Assembly: GCA_037447605.1 (NCBI GenBank)
Contig: CM074812.1
Location: 806,001-870,000, forward strand
Direction: 5' to 3'
DNA length: 64,000 nucleotides
Origin: Zygnema circumcarinatum SAG 698-1b
Taxonomy: Eukaryota > Plantae > Zygnematophyceae
Shown here: positions 38,350 through 49,233 of the stretch, one piece after another
Layout of the letters: each line of letters begins with the position of its first letter
Position numbering within the stretch: the stretch's first letter is position 1
Notes under the pieces: generated by a model
What the model was told of the DNA's origin: nothing
What the model saw: only the letters and a program-made list of their open reading frames with translations
Databases searched by the model: none
Made by a program: the position numbers and the translations under genes

Positions 38350-38992
38350 AGGTTGTTGCAGGTGGTAGTGGTGGGGGGGGGAGAATGGTTGTTGGAGCTG
38401 CCAGGCGTAGGGATTTTGTTGTACCCTTTTCCAGTGATTTATTGAATATTATGGGCCGGCAGCCCCTTGCATCAGATATTTTCGTCTTGCATTGCCCGGA
38501 ATATCTGAATGACTATTTGTTCTCTCTCTCCACCCGAATGACCTCTCTTGAGGTTTCTTTGCATTTAGCAATGGGATGACCTGGCGAAATCTGGATTACG
38601 AACCTATCGAAGCTACCACGATCTGTTTGATGATGTCCTTGATGCCTTAGGCGGGGGCGCACTTGTCTTTCAAATTATGCGGTGCCGTCTTGCTCATAGC
38701 GTCCCATGCTTGTTTAGGCCGCCCATTGGAAGGTGAAGTACGGATTTGGCGGAGGGTCACCCGTTGTAGTGCAGCTGGGGCGACTTCGAGGATACATCAC
38801 CTCTTGCGGCTTCCGTTCCTTTGTCGCTTTGAGCGCGCGGCGTCGATCGCGTTGGTTGTACTTTCGGATCCATGTTTTGGCCGGTCCCGCAGGTGCCGCT
38901 GACCTTTGAGGGGGTTGTGGAAGGTAGACTTGTCGCCGCCCTGGCCGATTGGCCCGGCCCGGCGATAATTTTGAACTCTTACGTTTGTTAAG

Positions 38993-41900
38993 ATGGCTTC
39001 CATGGTACTTGCAGACCGCTCCGATACAGTCACGTTCGGCGATGGTCGTAAAGGGCAGATCCTCGGTTGCGTGACTACTCGATTGCGAATTCAATCTTTT
39101 TCTGGGCAGATTCGGTGCTTGGTCACAATTCTGACTCCGGGCATTGACTTGATTTTAGGCAGTCATTGGTTGCAGTCCGTCCGGGCCATGATGGATTTTG
39201 CAGTTCCAAACTGCGTGGTTCGCAGTGGCTCTCGACGGGTCACCTTACTACCAGGTATACCCACGGTTGTTCCCCCCCTCCATCCAGATGCGGCGCACTT
39301 GTGCTCCGCCATGCAGGTGGCGAAAGCCGTGAAAGCGGGTTGTGTACTCTTCTATGTGCACCTCGTCGATGAAATCGAATCTGTCTATGACGGCGACCAG
39401 GAGTGGTTACCCACTGCCTCAGAGTCGTTACCACCCGTACCCCTGGCGATCCAATCTTTACTTAACGAATTTCAGGACATTTTCCCAGAGGACCTCCCCT
39501 CAGGGCTGCCGCCTGCGCGTGGCGTGGGGCATACTATTCCCCTTGAGCCTGAGCAGAAGCCACCTTGGCGACCAATCTATCGATTGAGCCCCAAGGAGAC
39601 CGAAGAAATGCGAAAGCAGCTGGCTAATCTGCGCTCCAAAGGCTGGATTGAGCCCAGTCAGAGCCCTTTTGGGGCCCCTATCCTATTTGTGGGAAAGAAA
39701 GACGGGTCCTTGCGAATGTGCATTGACTATCGAGCCCTTAATAAAATCACGATTAAAAATCGTTATGCTTTACCTCGAATAGATGATTTGTTGGACCGGT
39801 TGCATGGGGCGCGAATTTTCACTTCACTCGATCTGGCCCAGGGCTACCACCAGATCCGGGTCACGGATGCTGACGTACCAAAGACTGCGTTTCGTACGCC
39901 TATTGGTCATTTCCAATACAAGGTACTGCCCTTTGGGTTGACAAATGCACCGGCAACCTTTCAGTCTGTGATGAACGAGATGTTCTCCGGCATGGACGAT
40001 TACGTTTTGGTCTACCTCGATGACATTCTGGTTTTCAGCAAATCAGAACAGGACCACTTAACCCACGTTCGCAATGTGTTGTCAGTCTTACGCCAGCACA
40101 CATTTTATGCGAAACGCAAGAAATGTCAGTTCATGCAGCGCGAGTTGCTCTACCTTGGACATATCCTTGGAGCGGACGGCCTCAAGCCTGACCCGGGCAA
40201 AATTGCGGCGGTTGCCACTTGGGCCGTTCCTAAGGATCTGCATCAGTTGCGTTCCTTCTTGGGCTTTGCTAATTATTTCCGTAAATTCATTCAAGGATTT
40301 AGCAAGCTAGTTACTCCACTTACAGATCTCACAAAATCTGGAGTTCGCTACACCTGGACAGATGAATGTCAGGTGGCGTTTGAGGGGACCAAACACGCCC
40401 TCATCACCGCACCTACGTTGGTGTTGGCAGACCCTACCAAACCTTATGAGGTGGTTTGCGATGCGTCGGGGTTCGCACTTGGCGCTGTCCTGTTTCAGGA
40501 GGGCCAACCCCTGGCTTATGAAAGCCGGAAGATGAACCCAGCTGAACGAAACTATTCGGCAACCGAGCAGGAACTGCTCGCAGTTGTTCACGCCTTGAGG
40601 ACATGGCGTTGCTATTTGGAGGGGGCGGAAGCCGTCACGCTGGTCACAGACCATTGGCCCTTGACCTTCCTCTCCTCCCAACAGACACTATCTAGGCGGC
40701 AGGCCCGTTGGTCCGAGTTCCTCCAGAGGTTTGACTGCAAATGGGTATATCGGCCAGGAAGGTTGAATGTTGCCGATCCGTTGAGCAGACAGTCCAGTCA
40801 TCTTGCCTGGATGGTGCGCTCGTCGACCCGAGTGTTGGAGGAACAAAGCGGTCGAGAAGGTGGGCCGGCCAACTCACCTTCTCCCTTCCCAACGTGTTTA
40901 GCCATAGATACCCCAACCAGCGCCACGGTCGACCCCCCTACCCTCTCTGATCTTAGACAGATGATTCGGGAGGGTTATGCTGGTGATCCTATGTTCTTGG
41001 ACGGCCAGGGTAGTGGCTATAAGGACAAAGTGCTGCGCTCCACAGACGGGTTTTGGTACCGCGACACGCAGTTAGTCGTTCCCAAGTGTGGCACTGTACG
41101 GCAGCTCATTCTAAGTGAGATGCACGATCCTCCTTACAGGGGCCACATGGGTGTTGCCAAAACCTCCGAGGCAGTACTCCGTGAGTTTTGGTGGCCGGGA
41201 CTCACGACGGATGTGTCGGCATATGTGCTGGCCTGTCCAACCTGTCAACGTAATAAGCCCCGCACTGGCAGGATTCCTGGCCAGCTTCAACCACTCACTC
41301 CCCCTTTCCGGAAGTGGGAGAGCATCGGTATGGACCTAATCACAGATTTACCAGAAACCCCACGGGGTCACGATGCTATTATGGTGTTTGTCGACCGTCT
41401 CAGCAAAATGGTGCACTTTGCACCTACTCGGAAGTCCGCTGGGGCGGAAGAGGTGGCGCGACTCTACGTCGACAAGGTGTGGAGCTTGCATGGTTTTCAG
41501 TCCACCATTGTTTCTGACAGGGATCCCCGATTTACCGGTCACTTTTGGACTGAAATTCTGAAAATCGTGGGCACCAAGCAAGCGCTCAGCACAGCTTTCC
41601 ATCCGCAAACTGACGGCCAGACGGAGAGGGTCAACCGCATTGTGGAAGATTTCCTGCGGCATTACGTGGGACCCACGCCGGATGAGTGGGATACCTTGCT
41701 CCCATTGGCGGAGTACGCCATCAACAATGCTCATCAGGAATCAATCGGTACGACCCCCTTCTTTCTGAATTATGGTCAGCATCCTCTAAATCCCCTGCAG
41801 CCAAGGGATCAGCAACCGTCCTCGTGGAATGCAGGCATCCACCGGAACGATGACCCTTGGGGCTTGAGAGGAGCTGGGGGGGATCACCCACCCGCCGTTA

Positions 41901-42546
41901 GATCTTTTGTTCGACTCATGTCCGAAGCTGTGCAGCGTGCAAGGCAGGCACTGCTGGCAGCACAGTCCCGACAGAAGACCTATGCTGATCGCAAACGGAC
42001 TCAGCTCACGTTCCAGCCTGGGGCGGACGTGCTGCTGAGTACCGCGAACCTGAGACTGAAGGCTTACGGGGGAACCCGTAAGTTGTGGCCACGGTTCATC
42101 GGGCCATTCAAGGTCTTGAGCCGCATTGGCGAAGTCGCTTACAAGCTGGCTTTACCGGCTCACATGAAGATACATCCGGTGTTTCATGTGAGTCTGCTAA
42201 AGCGCTACTTGAGTGACGGGAGGATCCAGCCACCTCCACCCCCAGTGGATATTGAAGGCGACCTCGAGTACGAGGTCGAGTCCATTCAGACCCACCGAAC
42301 CGTGAAAAGGGGTCAGACCTCCCGCCACGAATATCTCGTGAAGTGGCTGGGCTATGGGGTTGAACATAGCACGTGGGAGAAAGAAGGCAATTTGACCCAT
42401 TGCCAAGAGCTCGTGAACTTATATTGGGAGGCGCAAGCCGCTGGTGAGCGGGCACGGACTGCACGGGGCGTCCCCGCGCAGTCCGCGCGCAACTCGGAAA
42501 GGGACTTGACCGGGGTTGTAGCCGAGCCCTCCCGGACCTCACGCAG
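38993..42546 (+). CDS. Pol of element C: RT, RNase H, integrase and chromodomain (protease motif upstream is frameshifted)
   Basis: LRMCIDYRAL, YLDDILVFS, VCDASGFALGAVL, HDPPYRGH...CPTCQ, GMDLITDL, TDGQTER, WPRFIGPF, and chromodomain YEVESI...YLVKWLGYGVEHSTWE. The protease remnant LTFEGVVEGRLVAALAD at ~38897-38950 is out of frame. Confidence 0.93.
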
Positions 42547-45500
42547 NNNNNNNNNNCCGCCACGGGCTACACCAGCCACGCGGCGTCTCGCCAGTGGTGG
42601 GCCCTGCTTCCGGTCCCTCATGCTGGTAGAGGGTTCGACGGGGGAAGCGTATAGGGGCGGGGGCGAATGCAACGGCATTCAATCCGGAAACCGGCTTCTC
42701 TCTCTCTCTTCCCCTCTACCTCCCGCGACTCCTCGCTGACCCGCCAGACCAGTTTCCTGGACTTCCATTACAAGTGAGCTCCAAGGAGGCCGGAAACACG
42801 GGCTTGTTGCATCCAAACAAGGATGGAGTTGAAGTGGAGGGGTCCTTTCAACCCAGGGTAGTTGAGCAGCCTGAGGACAAGGTTGCGGCTACAAAGGAAT
42901 ACCCGGTTGCTGAGCCTATGAGGAGTTCAGCGGAAGCGCCCAGGATCGAGTGTGAAAGGCGACCAAGAGGAGATCAAGAAGGGGAAGATGCTCTCCCAGG
43001 CCTTGAGATCAAGAGGGGGCAGCTTGTTAAGACAAGGGAGCATACATGTAGTTGTGGGACACGAGGGAATAGTAGTGGTCTCATGAAACTAGGGCCCATA
43101 GAGAACTAAGTACCAAGAGGGGGATTGTTAGTGTAAAGTAGTTAGGAACTAGTTGTACACTAAGTTGTTGGTACTAAGTTCTAAGGAGGGGTGTGCTCAT
43201 GTTGTCCACATTGTACGGAGGGGCGTCTAGACGACCGTACAAGTCTTTAAGGGGTGTGCGTGTGAAAAGCGTAGCCCAGTCTGATTTAACGAAATGAGCA
43301 TCGGGGAGATATGCGATTAGGAGCCAATCGATTGGTACGATTTGTAAGGCGGGACCGCAGATATGCGGACATTGGTGGGTGGCGAAGCGGCGTGGCGGAG
43401 TCGAGGTCGGCGTGGCGGCGGCGACAAATCAGTATTGGCCTTGGTCGGTAGCGGGCTTGAGGCGGCGAGTGCAGTCGGCAATGATTCATTTGGAGGGCGA
43501 TGGCCGGTCGGAAGGCGCCGCGTGTCGAGTGAAAAGGAAGGCACATGCGGCCTGGAGTAGGTGGCTTCGTAGGCTTACGGGGTCCCACATGGCCTTAAGT
43601 AATGAGGAGTCTACGGTGGAGGACTGGATGGAGATAAGTGGCGGATCGGCGGCATTGATGTCTTTGGATCGTGCAAAATTTGAGAGATCGGCAATGAGAT
43701 TATCGGGATAAGGTGCCACAAAGGCGTTGCATGTGCGGCCGTGACGTGACAATGTCACTATTGGCGCCATATTGTATTTAAGGGTTAGATTGTATGGTAG
43801 AAGTTAACCTTCTCGTGACTCACATTGGGAGTGAGGCTATCTTGCTCAGGGCCAAGGAGATAGTGGGAAGAGTTCAGCTTGTAGTGGGTGGTTTATTCAC
43901 GTAGCTTGAGAAGAGGTGCTTGAAGCTTGGCTCTAGTGTTGTCAAGTTGTATTTCATCTTTATCTTAAGGAGTTTTAGAATTTTGGTGGCTTTCTCCTTA
44001 CGTTTTCGTATTTCCATTTGAGTTGTTCTCTTGCATTTAGTGTGCTTTGTGTGATTGAACGTTCATTGAAAATGTCGGCGGGAGTTCTACAAGTGCTAAG
44101 GAGGAGTGGCATTACGCATGGAGGCTATTTGCAACAACAGAGCCAGTACATCCCATCATGTGTTGGAAAGGAGCTTGAGCGGCTATAAAGTGAAAACCTT
44201 GAGTCTTTCGAGGGCGAGCCCGGTTTAGGTGGAGGAATGTAGCGCTATACACATGTGTTGTATGGCCTAGTATTATTTACATCCAGCGGTTGCCTTTTAA
44301 TGGTAAAAGCAACTGGTGTGGCCAGATGCGGGAGGTCACGTGTTTGAACGCCTGAGGGATTCCGAACCTTGATCTGATACAAATGTTATGGCCCGAGAGT
44401 GGCAAAAGGCGAGAGTAAAGAAATGGACCAATAAGAGTGGAAGTCATGGTAGAGTCTGAAGGAGACTTGTGGGCCCATGGAGTGCATAAGCGATTCGACC
44501 ATCGGGGAGAGCGGTGGCGTGGCGGCGAATGTCGATCGGTGTGAGCGCCCGGCAAGGCGTTCCCGCTGGAAGTCAGGCAACTTCGAGAAATGATGGCCCG
44601 GCTGGAACCTCGGGGCGGACCGACACAAATGAAAAGGCCCAACCAGGGAAAAGCCCGTTGAGTTGTTTTGGCAAGATTCCTGAGCCAAATAAGCTGACGT
44701 GGCGCGACCTGATTGGGCGGGAGAGCAGCGCGTCGGCGTTTCCCAAAGTCGGTGAGTTGGCGTCTGTGCGCGCGTTCGAGTTGATGGGAGGCCATGCGGT
44801 CCACAGGAGTTTGGGCGTGGGGCGGGAAGGCTCAAAGGTGCAGCGACTTTGTCTGGGGGCGCATCATGCGTAGAAGAAGGGGTTGGCGAGAGAGGGAGGT
44901 CAAGGGGAATCGCGGGGCTTCTACGTCCATACAGAAGGCTAAAGTAGGGAGAAAGCCGGTGGAGGAGTGAGCAGTGTTGTAAGTGAAGACTAGGGAGGGA
45001 ATGACCTCGCGCCAGTCCGCCTCTAGCTCCGCGCAGCCGCGAACGCACGCGTCTTTGACGGTCTGTATGGTACGTTCTGCAAGCCCATTCTGCCAGGGGG
45101 AGTAGGGGCTAGAGGTGCGGTGATGGATGCGAAAGTCTTGCATGAAGCAGCAGCGCCCCTGTATTACGAGCCATTGTCGGGAATGGAGTAAGGGGAGAGT
45201 GGCGGTGAATGATATGCACGTGGGGAGGCGCGAGTGGGCCGGAGTGCTTGGATTCGGTTGCATGAACTTCCACCCATTTGGTGTATCTATCCACTGCTAA
45301 GAATACTCTAATGTATCCAGATGGGGTGCCGAGTTGTGGAATAGAAAATGTGTCAATGTTCCAATCTTCTGCAACGCCTCGTATAGGGATCTCACCCATC
45401 TTTAGGGGTTGGCGGTCGGGGGGAGCAGAGCGCTTACCGCATTGACAACGTGTGCAGGTTTCGACGTATCGGCTCACCGCGCCATGGAGTCCGGGCCAAT

Positions 45501-48500
45501 AATAGCGCTCCTACAGCATGGCGACCATCTTCTTCTAGCCAAGGTGGAATCCGCCAGGCTGGGCATCGTGGGCGACATCCAGAATCTCCATGCGCTCGTT
45601 GGGGAAAGGAACAGGAAGGCTGGAGGGGAGGTAGATAATTTGACCATCATCATCAACAAAGAATTTCCGAGCGCGGCGGAGCAGCCGAGCCCTCTCAGTA
45701 TCCGTGATAAAAGGAGGCAATGTTCGAGTCATGACGTAACGCAGAAGAGAGGAGTCAGAATGAACATCATTGGCACTAGGGAAATGGGGAGGAAGAAAGG
45801 GAGCTTCGCCGTCGTCATCCATGAGGAGCTCCCAAGGATCCGCGTGAGGATGGCCGTGGGTGAAGTCAGAGTCCTGCCAGCGATGGAGGGTGGTGGCCGT
45901 GGCAGGAATATCAATCAGCCCATCCGCGAAAATGACATCATGCAGAGCTTGATCGGCAATGAAAATCTCGATGGGAAGATGCTCAGGGTTCAAAAGGGTG
46001 GGTGGCGGGATGGGTTCAGGAACGGCCGGATCGTGACAGAGAAGTGGAGCCGAAGGATTTCGACTGAGGCCGTCTGCATTGCCGTGACTTCGTCCGGGAC
46101 GGTGAGTGACCTTGAGGACATTATACTCCTCTAACTTCATCACCCAACGTGCAAACTTGGGGCGTAGAGTAGCCATAATGTGCAGCCAAGTGAGTGGCAT
46201 ATGGTCAGTCCGAATGACAATGGGCTAGTAAGCTGTAAAGAGCTTAAACTTCTCAAGTGCCTAGAGAATAGCCGCAGCCTCACCTTCAGTAGGGCTGTAC
46301 TTAGTCTCAGTGTCCGAACAAACCCTGCTAGCATAACAGACAGGGTGTTCAACATCAGAGAATGCTTGACTGGCCGCCGCCCCAAAGCCCGTCTGACTCC
46401 AGTCGGCGTCAATAATTGTAGGCAGGGTGGGGTCGAATTGATGCAGACAAGGAGCCTGAAGGAGGGCACTCTTGAACGCATGGAAGGACAAATCCTGCGC
46501 TCTGCTCCATTCATAGTCGACTCCATGCTTTTCCAAGGCATGCAGGGGGCGCGCAATAAGGGCATAACCCTTTATGAACCGGCGATAGAATGAGGTGAGC
46601 CCCAAGAAGGATTTGAGCTGAGTGAGGTTTTGTGGAACTGGCATAAGGTCAATCGCCTCAATTTTGTTGAGGGATGGCTTCAACCCATTGATGCCGAGAC
46701 GATGTCCTAGATGAGTGATTTCCTGNNNNNNNNNNTGGTACCGCCTTCTCGCATCCTCCGTTGGCAGCTCCTTTATTCTGCTGATCCGTGATTCTGAAGA
46801 GGCATATATCAAGTACAACTGAACTGACGCGGATCCGTCGAGCGCAGCTCCACTACGCTACAGCGCGCCGGCTTTCCTGAGAAGTGTCTTTACCGCGCGC
46901 CGCCATGCGGTCGCGGCCGGCTGGCGCACAGTGCACGCTCGCTCCTTCTGCGAAGGTGGTTGCCGAACAAAGCCCTCGCACTCTTGCCCCACCATGTTGC
47001 TCGAGAAGTATTCGAGGGGCCTTATTTTGTCTCAAAGGTTTGATTCCATGGCACTAATTGATTGTGCTATTGGGTAGCACTATTTAACCGCTGTCGATTC
47101 TGTCCCTCGTCTTAAGGTTCACCGACATTGTTATCTTCCATTCTTCCACCTATCCCATTTCCCCACCTTCCTTCATCCTCCCCTCCCCTCCCTTCCCCTT
47201 GAACCCAACGCTCCAAACCCCAAAACATAATACCCTCAGTTCAGCACATGGAACAGCGGCCCTTGCCCCCTCACCAGACGGAGCTGAGGTCCTTGGCGGT
47301 CTGTGTGCGGTGCGTCTTGAAGGCCTGCTACAGCATAGACAGCGAGAACACGAGCCCGCCCGTCAAGGCCCTTCCCTCCCGCCCTCCCTACCTCGCCCCC
47401 CCGGAAAGGAAGGCGACCGGCCCTCCGGCAGCTCCACTACAGTACTGCCAAGGGGGGTTCGCTATTCCAATCGCGATACGCCACGTGAGCGCTTGTGTAC
47501 AAGTGGCGCAATCGGATTGGAGATTCCCGACTGGCGGCCAGTTGACTCGCGGCAGCTCAACATGGAGCGAAACGACGCCACGTCGGGTGCACCCTTGTTT
47601 GCTACGATGACCAATCGGTGTTCGCCACGTGTTCCCCTTGATTCACGCCAGCAAGGCATGCCGTCTGTCCGTACGGCACCCATCATGACCGCAGCGCGCG
47701 TGCGGACGGCGGTCTGACCGAAAGTGCGTCACCGTGACGACATTGCGCCCTCTCCCGCCGGGCCAGGCGGTCCGCCGACGTGGCGATGACATGGCAATGG
47801 CGTGGCGATGATGTGGTGATGACGTGGGTACCACTTTGTTCAGAATGCCCCAATCCACTTGGCGCACAGCATTCGTAAAGTACCGTACAACACCTTTTCA
47901 TCGATATCGAGATATTTGTCGTTTAGTGTAGTCATCGGGTACGGTTCGACACCGTATCGTTGGAACTGCGGAGAGGGAGGTGGCGCCGTTGGCTGTCGCG
48001 GGCGACGGATCCTGCATGGAACGGCAGTTAGGGTTGGAAGGCAGCACAGCACAGAGGGAGAGAGAGAGGAGCATGGGTCTGCCTCTGCAGACAGCGGAGC
48101 TGCACTTGTTGCAGGACGGATGACGGCTCGGTATTTGGTTTTCCTGGACAATATTTCAAGAAGGTGCAGCCCTGGAGCCCTGCGGAACGCAATGTCTTTT
48201 AAAGCCACTTTTTCTGGTGTCAAGGAAAGGTTTTCTGAATGAATTGGGGCAGAATACTTTAGCATCAATCAAGCGTGCAAAAGTAATTTGTGGTGTGAAT
48301 ACATTGACCATCATCACGCAGCGAACGAAGGCTGCTGCAGATGCCATCAAGTCGTGGTGTGTGCTTCCAGCATGGCAAGGCTCCCCTGATTTTTTGAATA
48401 ATCAATCCAACATGTTTGATCTAAGCTCCTGCAAGCTAGCAGGCGAAGGAATTTCGTATTGAAAAATTATTTTTATGAGCTGCATTGTTAGTCAGACTGA

Positions 48501-49233
48501 TGCACTTACCTCTTTCGAACAGGTACCTGAGCGCTGGTTAGGCATCTTCCCTGAGAAAACTGCGCACTCCATTTTAAAGAAGAAGTTTGCATTTTTTCTG
48601 CGCGGTCTTTGCCAATCTCCTGAAACGTGTTGGCGGTTGGAATAGCTAAGGGAACTAAAAGTTATGATAATAAAACTTGTAGGGTGGAGCAACAGGTGAA
48701 GCAGGAGCGGCGGAAAGAAGCTGCATTTGACCAAGGGATCCCGAACGCGTTCGAGGAGTCATCGGTTCTTTCTTTCAAGCGCTAAATCCAAACAAAGGTA
48801 GCTATAGCTATTACAAAAAGCTAACGACGTTTTAGAGTGCATTGTATCATAGGTCTCACTTGCAAGTTGGTCGCCCTCTTGGCTTCGACATCATGAAGAT
48901 ATTGAGCACTATCATGAACAACCAACCAATGCCCTAAAGTATTATAGAGTTTTTGTTCATGTGATTTATTGCCTACTTCCATAGGAGGGAGTCTCTCACT
49001 CGTGCAGAGTTTGAGGCTCTAACGCCACGCCATCCCTATTACACTGTGACACATTTTTTTCTGATAAATCATTTGCTGACTATTCCCGTTTCTGCTATTG
49101 TTTGTAAAGTTACAGGCACTTTTTGACCTGTTTTGTTTTTTGCCATTGTTGTGATATCAGGAAGTGCTCGTTTGAGCGTCGACTCTGTAACCTGCAAACG
49201 CTTAAGAGCTTGTTGGCGTTGTCCTGCTCAACA

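Larger units (their letters stand above)
36240..42772 (+). mobile_element. Chromovirus-type Ty3/gypsy element C, the innermost insertion
   Basis: 5' LTR 36240-36727 (TGTGGCG...CCATTACA). PBS TGGTATCAGAGC at 36729-36740. 3' LTR ends at 42772, with its start in or near the gap at 42547-42556. TSD AGTGA at 36235-36239 and 42773-42777. Confidence 0.93.
33690..44139 (+). mobile_element. Ty1/copia element B with ~1.0-kb LTRs, retaining only gag and protease; interrupted by C
   Basis: LTRs 33690-34699 and 43126-44139, both starting TGTTAGTGTAAAG and ending GCAACAACA. PBS TGGTATCAGAGC at ~34702. PPT caagagggggat at 43114-43125. No matching TSD (tgaac vs gagcc). Confidence 0.88.
33469..44381 (+). mobile_element. 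TRIM-like non-autonomous LTR element A (~130-bp LTRs, ~190-bp internal region) interrupted by B and C
   Basis: LTRs 33469-33598 (TGTAGCG...GTTACA) and 44238-44381. PBS TGGTATCAGAGC at 33600-33611. PPT aggtggaggaa at 44227-44237. TSD AATGT at 33464-33468 and 44382-44386. Confidence 0.8.
25530..46862 (-). mobile_element. Ty3/gypsy LTR retrotransposon D (decayed host of the nest)
   Basis: 3' LTR = 25530-25813 plus 32104-32796, with TGTAGC...GCTACA termini. The 5' LTR end 46735-46862 matches ~32665-32796. 4-bp TSD GCGC at 25526-25529 and 46863-46866. pol remnants: RT/RNase H 46261-46725 (LKSFLGLTSFYRRFIKGY, DADWSQTGFGA), HRPGRSHGNADGLSR ~46050-46100, integrase 44387-45480 (CTRCQCGK, VDRYTKWVEV, NGLAERTIQTVK), continuing at ~32900-33463. 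Several stops and frameshifts. gag and PBS lie in the gap at 46726-46734. Confidence 0.85.

Noticed and set aside
42547-42739. C-terminal tail of the 1248-aa pol ORF
   Set aside because: It reads across an N-gap into the 3' LTR. The real end of pol is not visible.
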